From positions 788,515 through 852,514 of the forward strand of contig JAHRHZ010000250.1 of the NCBI GenBank assembly GCA_024137785.1: a stretch of 64,000 bases of DNA. Reading direction: 5' to 3'. Source of the DNA: Ginglymostoma cirratum. Taxonomy: Eukaryota. The notes beneath the pieces are model-generated. The model did no database searches. It was not told the DNA's origin and was given only the letters and a program-made list of their open reading frames with translations. The position numbers and the translations under genes are program-made. Below, piece after piece: positions 11,981-24,919 of this stretch (position 1 is its first letter; each line of letters begins with the position of its first letter).

Positions 11981-14362
11981 ATGGCGAAAAGCCTCAGGCG
12001 GCTGTTCTATTTTGTGTTACTGACTTGCGTCTCGGATTTAATTTGCGGTCGACTACAATACGTGATTCCCGAAGAAATGGAGCGCGGTGCTTTTGTTGGG
12101 AATATCGCGGAAGATCTAGGCCTAAGCATTGGAGAGATGTCATTTCGCAAATTTCGGCTCGTCTCTGACGACGGAAAGCAATTATTGAAGGTGAACATGG
12201 AGAATGGTATTATAGTTGTGAACGAGAGAATTGACAGGGAAATTCTGTGTGGAAAAACAGCGACTTGTTTTGTTTCTCAAGATGTAGCGGTAGAACATCC
12301 ATTGGAAATGTACCATGTCGACGTGGAAATATTGGATGTAAATGATAATTCGCCCAGATTTCTCGAATTGAGATACACTTTACAAATATCTGAGTTAACT
12401 GGAGCAGGAGCTCTTTTCCCACTCGAGAGTGCGCACGATGCGGATGTGGGTACAAATGCAGTGAATAGTTATGAAATCAGCACAAACAAGCACTTTGGTT
12501 TGAAGACTCACACCAGAAGCGATGGAAGTAAAATTGCAGAGTTGCTGTTAGAAAACTCCCTAGACCGTGAGCAAGACTCAACTTTTCACCTGACGCTGAC
12601 GGCCATTGACGGTGGGATTCCTCGAAAATCTGGTACTGCAGAAATAGTCATCACTGTACTAGACGTAAACGATAATGCCCCAGTATTTGATCATCAGTTG
12701 TACAGGGTTAATGCATTAGAGAGCTTACCTAAAGGCAGCTTGATCATAACGTTAAATGCTGTTGATTTAGACCAGGGAACAAATGGCGAAGTAAAGTACT
12801 ATTTAACCAGCCACGTTTCTCACAGGGTAAGGGAGTTGTTCAGTTTAGACTCCGAAAGTGGACATATCAGAGTTCAAGGGTCACTGGACTATGAAGCGGA
12901 GAAGGTTTACCAACTTGGAATACAAGCTGTGGACGATGGCACGCCCGCAATGATTGGACGCACCGAAGTTCTTGTTGAATTAATTGACATTAACGATAAC
13001 GCGCCAGAGTTAAAAATAAGTTCGCTATCCATTGAAGTACGCGAAGATGTCACAAGTGGGACTGTGATCGCTATAATAACCGCAATCGATCGTGACTCCG
13101 GCGAAAATGGACAAGTGCAATGTCAGTTGCAACCAAATATTCCTTTTAAACTTCAAAGATCTTCAAACAAACAATACAGTTTAGTGGTCAGCGATACGCT
13201 GAATCGCGAAATCTCGCCTTTCTATAACATCTTCATTTCAGCCTGGGATGCAGGGTTACCCCCTCTTTCTACGAATAAAACTATCCACATTTCGGTTTCT
13301 GATATAAACGACAATGCACCACAATTTACACAGTCGTTATATCATGTGTTCTTGATGGAAAACAATGCAGCTGGTACATCAATATTAGCCGTTACCGCTT
13401 TAGATCCTGATTTGGGCAAGAATAGCGAGATATCGTATTTCTTATTGAGCAGTTTCATGCATAAAACTGGCGACTTTCGAGTTGGCTCCGAAAGTGGGCA
13501 CATTTACGCGCTCCGCTCTTTTGATTACGAAATACAGAAGAATTTTCAGTTAAACGTTCTGGCTCAGGATAGTGGAACTCCCTCACTGACCAGCACTACT
13601 CTCGTGAGTATTGTTATTTTGGACCAAAATGACAATATGCCAGTCATAGTATCACCTTCAAACGACAACAGTCGGTTTGTGATTGTACCAAAGTCTGCAA
13701 GTCCAGGATACTTGGTGACCAAAGTCGTTGCTACTGACGCAGATTCCGGACAGAATGCAAGACTTTCCTATCAGCTCATAGAAGCTACTGATCACAGCGT
13801 GTTTAGCGTGGGATTTACCTCTGGCGAAATTAGAACAATTCGAAAATTTAAGGAAAAAGATGCTCTTAGACAGATTATTGTAGTTTCGGTCAGTGACAAT
13901 GGACAGCCGAGTCTCTCCAGTACAGTCTCAATTCAGATTACAGTCCAAGAAAACGTTACTGAAAATACCTTTGAACAAAAAGCCAATACTAGAAATCCAG
14001 AATTATTTTCAGATTTAAATTTTCTGTTGATCATAATTTTTGGATTAACTTCCTGCATATTTCTATTAATAATATTTCTTCTGATCATTGTGAAATTCAA
14101 ACAAGACCGGAATATTTGCTGTTGCATGTCCAGGATCTGTTACTACGGACAAAGAAATTCAACCGATGCCCCTCAAAGTACAGCAGTTCCAACAGCAAAT
14201 TTAAATTATCTAGATTCTCTTCAAACTCTGCCTATTCGGGAATCATATAATTACACAGTTTGCCTCTCACCGGAATCCTCTAAGAGCGATTTTTTGTTTT
14301 TAAAACCGTGTCACCCGAAGTTGCCTCCGGATGATATTAATATCCGTGACGTCGAGGGTTAA
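11981..14362 (+). CDS. Clustered protocadherin variable exon (793 aa ORF): signal peptide, EC1-EC6, TM, cytoplasmic tail with a PCDH10/gamma-C-like motif
   Basis: Repeated cadherin motifs (IDRE, DVNDNSP, LDRE, DVNDNAP, LDYE, DINDNAP, FDYE, DADSGQNA), C-X5-C in EC1 (CGKTATC), hydrophobic TM (FLLIIIFGLTSCIFLLIIFLLII), tail YNYTVCLSPESSKSDFLFLKP. The true 3' end may be a splice donor rather than this stop. Confidence 0.96.
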   Translation: MAKSLRRLFYFVLLTCVSDLICGRLQYVIPEEMERGAFVGNIAEDLGLSIGEMSFRKFRLVSDDGKQLLKVNMENGIIVVNERIDREILCGKTATCFVSQDVAVEHPLEMYHVDVEILDVNDNSPRFLELRYTLQISELTGAGALFPLESAHDADVGTNAVNSYEISTNKHFGLKTHTRSDGSKIAELLLENSLDREQDSTFHLTLTAIDGGIPRKSGTAEIVITVLDVNDNAPVFDHQLYRVNALESLPKGSLIITLNAVDLDQGTNGEVKYYLTSHVSHRVRELFSLDSESGHIRVQGSLDYEAEKVYQLGIQAVDDGTPAMIGRTEVLVELIDINDNAPELKISSLSIEVREDVTSGTVIAIITAIDRDSGENGQVQCQLQPNIPFKLQRSSNKQYSLVVSDTLNREISPFYNIFISAWDAGLPPLSTNKTIHISVSDINDNAPQFTQSLYHVFLMENNAAGTSILAVTALDPDLGKNSEISYFLLSSFMHKTGDFRVGSESGHIYALRSFDYEIQKNFQLNVLAQDSGTPSLTSTTLVSIVILDQNDNMPVIVSPSNDNSRFVIVPKSASPGYLVTKVVATDADSGQNARLSYQLIEATDHSVFSVGFTSGEIRTIRKFKEKDALRQIIVVSVSDNGQPSLSSTVSIQITVQENVTENTFEQKANTRNPELFSDLNFLLIIIFGLTSCIFLLIIFLLIIVKFKQDRNICCCMSRICYYGQRNSTDAPQSTAVPTANLNYLDSLQTLPIRESYNYTVCLSPESSKSDFLFLKPCHPKLPPDDINIRDVEG

Positions 14363-16524
14363 TTTAATGGATCAATAATTGGTGCAATCAAATTGCAGTT
14401 TCTACATCTACATGTATGCAAGAAAAGAGAAATCCAACATTCCACGTATGATGTTTTTTGGAGTGCTGCCTCGCCTATGCATCGGTCGAGGCGGACGAAA
14501 ACCTTGCCGATGCAATGTCTGAAGTGCTACTTTATGATTGGTGTTAATAATAGAGCATCTGCTGATCTTTTTAGGAAATTTAATATTTACAGTTGAAGTA
14601 CAGAAAATTATGCTAGTAAATAACTGGTGACAGGAAGAGCTTGCTATGGAATATGCTATTTTCAGCATCCTACACGCTATTTCGGTATTGTAGTTTGACC
14701 ATTGCTTCTCACGCAAAGATTCACATTGTTTGAGTAAAGTATTGTCGTTTAATAAATATTCCAGTGTGATTTTAATTTTTCAGAACAATTTAAGAAAACT
14801 TGGCTGTTTTCTTAAATTCTGATTAAGTTTGAAGAAAAAGAAAAATAGAACATGGAGCGTCTAGGACTTTAGTTTGATCACGGCTGACATGATTGCATTT
14901 ACATGACAATTTTTCACCACTTTAAGTAACAAGAAACTTTCCACTTTGGCCTAGAAAACATTCAACGATTCTTATCCCAGCATCTTTGCAGGAAGCCTAT
15001 GACAAAGACTCATTGATGCTCTGGAAGAGAGAAAAAAAAAACACCTCGTCTCAATTTCATATGGGAACACCTGATTTTTGAAAATAGCGACCATTAGTTC
15101 TTCAAAACCCCACAGGCTGAAACTTTTGTACATACCACCCGTTAGTTCTTCAAAATCATGCAGGATGAAACTTTCTCTCCAGATGTAGGTTATGCAGGGT
15201 GGTTTGATCATAGAGTAGGATAATAGGTCGGCACAACATCGTGGGCCGAAGGGCCTGTACTGTGCTGTCCTGTTCTTTGTTCTATGTTCTTTCTACCCTA
15301 TCAGGCTCGTCAGAATCTTGGTTCAACGAAGTCAGATCTTCACCTTCCAAACTCCAACTTATGCAGGAATAGTCTGCCCAAACTTTCTTTCTAAGGCATT
15401 CGTCCATTATAGATATTACTTCTCTTAAAGGGCCATGAATGCGTGGAATTAATTTTCCCTGATTGTGGTGGACACCAGAGCCAGGAATGATTTTAAGGAG
15501 GAGATAGACAGATGCTTAATCATTTTTAATTAACACTGGGGTAATTGTTTACGGGGGGTGGATCCTAAAATGAAGTTGAGGTCAAGTTGATGTCAGCCGT
15601 GATAGTACGAAATGGCACAACAGGTTCGATGGGCTTTATTTTCTATTCTTTCGCAGGATGTTAGTATTGCTGGCTGGACCTGCGCTTATTGCCCCTCCCC
15701 AGTTGATCTTGAAATGAATGTTGGTGAGCTGTCTTCTTGAACGACTGCAGTCCAGTTGCGGTGGGTAGACTCACAATGCCATTAAGGAGGGTGTTCCATG
15801 ATTTTGACCCATTGACAGGGACCGAAGAGCCATATATTTCTCAATCAGTATGGTGAGTGGCTTAGAGAGGAATTTGCAGTTGATGGTGTACACATGTAAC
15901 TGCTGCTGCTGTCCTTCAATATTGAAGTGGTCGTGGCTTTGAAAGATACTGCCTAAGGATTTTGGTTGAGTTGACTATGTCTGCTAATAAGTTCTTATGT
16001 TCTTATAGTACTCAATTAGCTTCCCTAAGTACTTGGTGTATTTAGTTTCGTTATCCATGACAATTGAATGTTGGCCAAATTGATCTTCTTCAGCTTGGCA
16101 AGATATGATAAGCGGTGTGACACAGGGATCAGTGTTGTGACCCTAACATTTTATAAATCGTATAATTAGTTTGATGAGACATGTAGGTATGTTGGGAAGT
16201 AAGTTGAAGATACGTAAGGAGGCGGGGAAAAATATATTTAGGCTGTCTGAGGGAATGAGCAAACATGTGACAAATGGATTATCATGTAGGAAAATTTAAA
16301 ACTGCCCATCTTGGAGTACAAAGAAGTATGGCATCAATATGGTGAGCGTGTACAAGACTCCAAGATTAAGACGATCTGGTGTCCTCGGCGATGAATGTCA
16401 AAACGGTTAGTGCGCAGGTATAGCAAGCAATTAGCGAAGTAAATAGTATGTTATCAGTTATTACAAAGAATAATGAATGTGAAAGGTTCGGATGAAACAA
16501 AGAAGTGAGGATGTCGATCATCTG

Positions 16525-17745
16525 AAGCAAGCAAAAAACAGGAATTGCTGGAGAAACTCAGCAGGTCTGGGCAGAGCCATACAATGAACTTATCCGTCCT
16601 GTGGCCCTTCTTCAGAAATGATAGCAGCTAAGAAAATATGGCATTTATGCTGATAATGTAAATATGTGGGGGAGGATGGGTTGGAGAGTGGTGGAGAGGG
16701 AGCGCAGAGAGGGAGATGAAAATATAGGCTGACAACGGAGTTGTTTCAGATGTGGAAGAAGAGATGCTAAAACAGAAATTACTGGGGAAATTCAACAGTT
16801 CTGGCAAATGTGTTCAGGCAGAAATCAGAATTTACATTTCAAATCCAGTGATGCTCCTTTAGAACTAATTGTCAGAAGAAAAAGATACTATGTATGCTGA
16901 GGACAAGGGGATGGGTGAGGTGGTTGGAAGAAGTAAGCAGATGGTTGAAGACGAAACCCGAGAAAAAGAAAGACAAAAAGATGGGTGATAGTAATCAAGG
17001 AAGGAGAAACGTTGATAATGGTGACAATAACTAAGTGAAAATAGGTTGGTCGTGCTGAAAGCTAAATATGGCATTATGAGCAAAGTGAGTAATTGATCAA
17101 GGGTTGGCTGGACTGAAAATAACTCATTTCATGACAGGTCCCGAGGTGTTGCTTAGATGATACTCATATACGAAGGTGGTGCCGCTCTGAAATAGTTAAG
17201 CACGAATTTGAATCCGAAAAGCCGTAAGGAACCGAAGCAGAAGATGTGATGTTACTCGTTCCAGATTGAGTTGAACTTCGCTAGATCACTTTAATAGGCC
17301 TGACATTTACAAAAAAGAACATTTTGTCCAAGGAACACGGCAGTGTGTTGAAGTGACAGGCAAATGGAAGCTCGGGATTTTTTTTTTTAACGAACAGAAT
17401 GTTTGTGTTCCTAAAAACAGTCACCCAGTCCACAATTTATCCCTCCATTGTAGAGCATACTCCATTGTGAGCAGTGAATACAGTATGCCATGTTGGATGA
17501 TGTGCGAGGAAGTTGTTGCTTAACTGGAAAGGTTTTGTCTGGGACTTTGGATAGTGAGGTGGAAGGAGATAAATGGGAAAGTGTTGTACCTTCTGTGATT
17601 GCATGGGAGCGTGCTGAGGTGGTTTAAGTAAGTGTTGGGAGTCACAGAGAAGTGTACCACGGTTCGCTACAGGAAGCGGTAACTGTGGAATGCTGACAAG
17701 GGAGGGCAGATTAATATTTGTCTTGTGAGGCATCTGCTGCGGGTG
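16525..17745 (-). mobile_element. Degenerate Penelope-like element of a third family, with terminal repeat copies
   Basis: Minus-strand YCIHCSQWSMLYNG (GIY-YIG-like) at about 17440-17490; GAAACTCAGCAGGTCTGG-type terminal repeats at about 16535-16620 and 16770-16865. Confidence 0.65.
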
Positions 17746-18074
17746 GCAAGTAATTTAAAAAAAACTAATGAAATATTTTGCTTTAACCCAAGAGAAATTT
17801 GTAAGTAAAACGAGGAGGTTATGCCCTCTGTGAAAAAGGGCACTGGTAAAATCGCATCTGGAGTACTGTGCACAGTATTAGGGAACTTATTAAAGGCAGT
17901 ACAGAATTGTATTGAAAACAGTTTGGATAACGCAGAGGAGACTGAAAGCAAGAAGTAGTTGTTTGCCGTATGAGGAAAGGTTGGATAGTCTAGGCTGCTG
18001 TGCTTGAGGTCAGAAGAGTAAGAGTTTAATTGTTTAAAATGCATAATATGCTGAGGAGTCTTGACAGGACAGAT

Positions 18075-19690
18075 ATTAGAACAGAGAACAGTGCAACACA
18101 GGAACAGATGCTGAAGCCTGCCATGTCTGCGCCAATCATGATGCCTAAAGAAAACTAGCCGTATCTACCTGCGTATGGTCCATACCTCTATTCTCTGCCT
18201 CTTCATGTGTTTCTCTAAATGCATCTTAAGTGTGGCTATACTATCTGTTGATACCGTGCCCCGCAACTGCACCCCACCACTAAATTCAGCAGGGCATTCC
18301 AGGCACCAACCAGCCTCTCTGTAAAATAAAACATGCTTCGCACAACTCCTTTGAATTTTCCCTCTATCACCTTAAACCTATGCCTCCTAATATTTGAACT
18401 TTCCATCCTGGAAAAAAAGACTCTGATCCCCCACTCTTACCCATGCTTCTCATAATCTTATATACTTCTTCGGTGTTGCTCCTTAGACTCCGATACTCAG
18501 GTAAAAATAATTGGAATTTGTCCAGCTTCACGTTATCGTTAATTCAGTCCAATCCAGACAAAATCCTGGTAAACCTCCTCTGCACCCTCACCAAAGCCTT
18601 CACATCCTTCCTGTAGTATGACGATTAGAGTTGCATACAATATTCCTAATATGGCCTAACTGAATGTTTATACAGCTGCGCATGACTCGCAAACTTTTAT
18701 ACTCAAATATCCTTATTGATGAAGGCAAACATGCCATACACCTTTACCATCTGATCTGCTTATGTTGCACATTCATGACGCTATGGACTTGTACCTCAAG
18801 ATTTACCTGTATATCAATACTGCTGATTTAATGTATACTTTCCTTTTGAATTCAGTCATCCAAAATACATTAGCTCACGTGTCTGGATTAAATTCCAATT
18901 GGTATTTCATGTCCCAAATTTTGCTGCTGATCTATCGACTGCTGCGTCCTTTGACAAACTTTTTCACTGTTCACAACTTCATCAAATTTCATGTCAAACG
19001 CAAACCACCTGCATTTTTATCCAATTAATTTACATGTGTTACAAAAAAAACAGCATTCTCAGTGCTGATCCTTGTGGAACACCACTGGCCAGAGAGCTCC
19101 AGTCAGGAGACAAACATCCTTCACAACTGCACTACAAAGCCAATATTGTATCCGACTTAACTGTCACCATAGATCCCATGTGACTTAGCCTCTGGACCAG
19201 TTTACCACGAGGAAACTTGTCAAATGCTTTAGTAAAAATCCATATTCACAACGACCATCAATCTACACTAATTAATTATCTTTGCCACGTCCTCAAAAAG
19301 TCCAATGAATTTTCTGAGAAAAACTCGCTCCCTGCACGTTGCCGAGCTGACTATCCATAACAATTCTATTCTGTTCCAGATGTGAGTGAATCCTGTCCTT
19401 ATGAATCTTCTAAAATAATTTCCCTGCTACTGATTAAGACTCACCGACCTACAATTTGCTGGATTATCCTTGTAGTCTTTGTTAAACAAAGGAAATACAT
19501 CATATATTCTCAAGTCTTCTGCTACCTCGCCTGTGGCTAATTTGGATACAAAGATCTGCCAAGACCCAAGTAATCTCCTCACTTACGTTGCTCAGTATCC
19601 TACAATAGATCCCATCAGGTGCTCAGAACTTACCTACCTTAATGCTTTTCAAGTCACCCACCACCTCCTTCCTCTTAATACAACTGTCCC
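18075..19690 (-). mobile_element. CR1 LINE fragment (RT and 3' end) nested in an older plus-strand CR1
   Basis: Minus-strand GVPQGS motif (TGATCCTTGTGGAACACC at about 19066-19083) and AFDKFP; flanked by plus-strand CR1 pieces at about 16090-16480, 17800-18075 and 19790-20040. Confidence 0.75.
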
Positions 19691-20049
19691 TAATCTTACC
19701 ATTACCCATGAGCTTCTCTTTGGTGAAGACCCATGCAAAGTACTCATTAAGGATCTCATGAAATTTCTCTGGCTTCATGCATGTACCAATCTATAAATCA
19801 GGTATCACTGCTTAGCAATCACAGCGTGCCCATTTAAAAATTAGGAAATTTTTCTTTCTATCTCAGAGGGATGTGAGCCTTGGGAGCTGTCTTTCTGAAA
19901 AAAAGTGAGTAGATATAAAGTTCTTGAATAACATGAGCTTAATGTGTATTTGAGTTTACAATCAGATCAGTAATAATTTGATTGAATAACAGAGCAAGAT
20001 CTCGGAGCTAAACAGTTTACCTCTGCTCCTGATCCGCCTGTTCCTGTGT

Positions 20050-21070
20050 ACGTTTGCATGTTATCTTGTATTTCAGAGTTTCCAGTGTTTCACCTTTTAC
20101 ATAATGCGTTTCTATCATATTGTTCATACCAAAATGAAAATTTTTCATATTTTCCCACATGAATCTCCATTTGCCATATCTTTTCCGCTCACATGATTCA
20201 TCTGTATTTCTAGTCTTCTTGTGTCTTCGTTACAACTTACTTTTCTATCTACGTTTGTCAAATCAGAAAACATATCAACCGTATCTTCAGTCCCTAAATC
20301 TATTACAGGTACTTAATACGCAAACTTCTGAAATACTTTCACCTATTTCCGCTGGGTACATTTCATTACATATGGACAACCTGTAAAATAAGGCCCATTT
20401 ATATCTCCAGTCTATCTCATTGTAGCCTGCCAACCATTCTCTGTATGCCAAAAATACTAGCTTTTACTCCATGAGAGTTTTTTCCAGCACTTACATTTGA
20501 TGTGACATTTCATCGAATGCATTCTCGAAATCAACGTATAACAGCAATCCTCATTATCCACGGCACGCGTTATCTCCTAAAATAACTCCAACAGCTTGGT
20601 CAGGCAAGATCTGCCTTTCACAAAGCAGTTTTCATTGTCTGATTGCCTTAAACTTATCGAAGTGCTTTGATGTCACTTCTTTAGTTATTGATTGCAAAAT
20701 TTTCCCCGTGACAATGTTTAGTTAACTGATCAGCAGACTCCTGCATTCTGTCTTCCTCCCGTTATTAGTGAAGGAGTTACATTTGTTGTCCAAGAATTAA
20801 TGGGATCTTCCTCGAATCAATTGAGTTTTGGAGAATTGAATTCAAAGGAACAATTGTTCCGTTAGCAATTTACTTTATAATCCTAGGATGAAATTCGGCC
20901 CCCGGGCACTTCTCAAGTTACAGATCCGACAAGTTACTTTTACCACTTCTCTGACAGTTATGATCACACTGCGCTCTCCCTCAAGCCCATTTCATGATGT
21001 ATATCTGTTTCTGGAACGTTTCATGGATAAGATATAGTGATGGCCGATGCAAATTACCTGTTCGATTACC
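20050..21070 (-). mobile_element. Degenerate CR1 RT fragment
   Basis: CATCGAATGCATTCTCGAAATCAAC = minus-strand VDFENAFD at about 20510-20535. Confidence 0.55.
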
Positions 21071-23357
21071 ACTCTCGTCCTAAACAAAGGTGAAGGATAC
21101 TCATAATTATTCTAGGTAAATGATTTCCAAAGCCTTTACAGTGCATCTTCAATGGTTGTCCCGTAAGTTATTTTTAATCATTCTGGACATGTGAAATCTC
21201 CAGTAAGAAGACCACCAACTTGTATTTGCCCTTTTAAACCTTCAAGAGTAAAAGTTTAGATTGGGAACATTTAAACATTCGAAAGTAAGCCCCACTGCCG
21301 AATTGCTGTGCTGCATCTGCTGATGATAGTTATTCGACACTTTTATAGAGCAAAATGTCTTTGCAGTGGGCATGAAGGTATGGTGATAAATCTTGAAGTT
21401 GTCTTTTCTCATGATAGGACCAAATCATGCAAATACCTGTAACCTTAATATCTTCAGGTGATTAATATTATGGATTTGATTTGCCTTGTGTAAAGAAAAT
21501 AGAAAGTTCCACTGCACCATGTTGCATAGAATAGGAATGGTTGGGAGTGAGTAGAAAGACCACACAGCGTTAGGTAAATCTCGTGTCACCATTAATGCAG
21601 GTCGCTTGTAGGTAAAAATGTACCTTCCCTAAAACAAGCACTGATCTACTTGGGCTTTAGCTTTACTTAGAAGAAATGTTTGACGAATTCCAAGCATCAT
21701 GATCCAGAAGAGAAGATGAATAAAATGGGACCATAAATTATAATATTTATTGATTGTATTAAAATGATCAGTATTTCTCGGTAAAAGGCTAAGGAATAAT
21801 CTAAGGGTACAAAGACAATTTTAGAACACACATTCTTAAAATCATAAGATATATCAACCATTATTAATAATGGTGAATTATGACCTGGAATGTGGCGTGG
21901 TAGCAAAGAGAAACAAAGCATAAAATAGTGAGAATTGGGTGTTTATTACCTGATGTGCAAGAACTTCAGAAATATATTGAGATGAAAAGAAGACGAGAGT
22001 TATGGTAGTGTTGTTAACAAAGATATTGTCGGACGCCAAAGAGGAGTGGCATTAATGAAAATGTGACAGAATTTATTGTTAAACTTGGCAAGTCAAATAA
22101 CAATGATTACACTGCTAGTCATATCCAATAGATGTAAAAATACTCGGAAACAAACAGAGACAAGGGAAAACAACCTTCAGGAAAACATATAACTTTACAT
22201 TAAACTGAGCGTTCTTTCTGTGAGGTTAGTTATACAAATGTTGGCAATGTTACTGTCGGACTAAAAAGATAATGGAACAGGAATTATTTCTGAAATACTG
22301 ACAATAGAAATTCCATGACCATTAGGCTCTTAGGCCAACTAGAAAGGATTGGTTGATCTTGTGCTGAGTACTGAGATGTTCAAGACTGAGGGGCGTACAA
22401 GACTGACCAACAGTTCTGTAGAACACACTTTCTAACATGATTATTCGAGCATCAAGTTTATCGTATCAAGAAAACATGCACATGTTCTTGCATGACATTG
22501 ACATAACCCAGTGTCTGTCAATGAGCAATGAACACTCTCCGAACACCCCCGCCCCCATCATGCAATGAATTGCACTGTTGATTTATTGTCAGCGTTCACA
22601 ACAGTGGTAAACATTACGTAATTAACTTTTTTTTTGTTCAGAGCAATCTAAGGTTGTTTTTGGTTCAAGAAACCAAGAGATGAAGGAGTTTCGGGCAGTC
22701 GTTGTCGTGGTCTATGACGGAAGTTGACAAGATGGCCACCTGGGGCTTTTGAGTTCACATAAGATGGCCGAAAGGCGTTGACAGCTACATATAGCAGACG
22801 TTCACAACTAGAGTTGTGGTCTCCATCTCGAGCTTTTGGATGAGATAATGAAAACTCCCCTGGGGTCTTAAACGTGTCCTGGTGAGAAGAAAGATTAGGG
22901 AATTTACTTGGTTTTCTGTAAACAGGCAGTTCTAAGCATAAAAAAAAATTAATAAGAGACAATTTTGAAAGACCTATTTAAGTCACAGTCTTAAGTGTGC
23001 TACTTAGTAAAACGTCGAAGGAAAAAATATGATCTCACAATAATCTGGGCTCTTTGGGCATTTCTCATTACGTATTAAACATAGCGATATGAGTACACAC
23101 CGAAAGAACTGTGGATGCTAAGTTCTCAGGAAGGGTCACTCGACCCATAACATTAAACCTGATTTCTCTCCACAGATGCTGCCAGACCTGCTGAGTTTTT
23201 CCCTAAAACTTCTGCTTTTGGACCTGTCGTGGAGAATCACCAGGAGACGTAGAGAAGTCTTCAAGAACGTAAACTTTTATTTGCAAGTAAAAGCTGTGAC
23301 AATCAGAAAGCAGTTTTCAGATCGCCCGCGCCCCTCAGGGCCTGTTCTTCTTTATAC

Positions 23358-23463
23358 CTTTTCTCAATTATCATGTTTTTCTAAAGTTATCAGTATGACC
23401 AATTATGTTAGCTTTTCTCAGTTATCATGTTTTTCCAAAGTTATCAGTATGACCAATTATGTT
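23358..23463. repeat. Tandem duplication, 54-bp period, two near-identical copies
   Basis: CTTTTCTCA(A/G)TTATCATGTTTTTC(T/C)AAAGTTATCAGTATGACCAATTATGTT x2. Confidence 0.9.
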
Positions 23464-24919
23464 CGCCTTTGTTATCTCTTCAAGGTTGCTCATCTTCTGC
23501 TTCACTTGTTAGCCCCAGTGGTTTTCTACCCTAAGATATTGTGCTTTTTCGATTATTACATTCATGATTAACTTCTGCCATTATGGTTTCCTAGGACACT
23601 CCATCTATTTTATAAATTACCTTTCTACACTCTATATTCTGAGTATTATCTTTCTATGTATTACTTCATCTACTTTGCGTCCTCCGTATGTACTATGTAT
23701 GCACCATTTTATTTTCCATAGACCCATGTGAATATTATGAAGTGCATGCATCCATGCAGAGATATAGTTGAATTTTTACGAACAGCCAACAGTTGACAGT
23801 AAGAACAGCCAGGAAGATGGACCATTAAATGATGTAAGCAGGCAAACTTTAAGAGATCAAAATAGGTTGTAACACATGGAAGGATCAACATTTGCAGGTT
23901 AAGTGCAGATTATTACATCCAAAGATCAAGGGAAGAGTGACAAAGAGTGATAAAATACGGAGTGAAGATATAGTTAAGTCATCTTCTTAATTTAGGAATC
24001 TAAACAAGTTACTTTTAATGACCTGGTAAAGTTGTAAAGTGATTGAATTTCACCCTGATCTGTGGAATTCCAATAGATACTTTCTATTTATAATCAAAAA
24101 TGAGTAATCAAAGATGCTTAGAGTAAAAGCTGTAAAACATTCATTCAAGAACTAAACTTGAGAATTCCATACAACATGACAAAGCGGGTGCTGTAATTGC
24201 AACTGCAAGTCAGAAGGAGTGGTTGTTTGACCTCTTAGGGCGAAGTGAGAGATGTCGTTCCCAGTTTGTGCACTGTGTCACAGAATCGTAATGACTATAT
24301 ATTAGAGTTGATTTTAAAGAACTTATAATTACTGGTAGAAGTGAATATCCTTTCTAAACCACCGTATTAAAGTTTGAACAGAAATTGGAAGACTTCTTAG
24401 TGATAAGCAAATATTTCGGTTATTGGCAAATAACGCGATTGAGCTGGCAATTGTCTGGGAAGGAGTGCGACTAACAGAAACGGTTTAAGATCCCAAAGAC
24501 AGGTGGTGGAGTTTTCATGAGATCAAGACCCAGGGCGGTCCATAAATTTGTTCATATCGATCGTGAGTTTACTGGATTGGATGTATAAACGTGGGGTTGT
24601 AGTTAAGAATGACATCAATGTTGCATGTAATTACTGTAACACGAAAGATATAAACAGGTTCTATTCAGCTGGGGAAGTTAGTGTGTCATTGATCTTTCCT
24701 CCAATCTGATTCATGAAAAGAGAGCAACTCCACCCTTCGTGAAAGTCAATTTGGATTGGTATCTGGTATCTCCCATGCATATGGGAAAAGGGCTCTGAAT
24801 AAAATTGCTTCTACTGCTGAAGACAGAAATGAAGACTCCTCTTTAATATTTATCCTGACATTACAGTTCAGAGGAACCATGGCTAGAATCACAAGGAAAT
24901 ATAGCTTCCTCCTAAAAAA

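Noticed and set aside
23358-23463. CRISPR-like array
   Set aside because: Only two adjacent copies with no spacers, in a vertebrate context.
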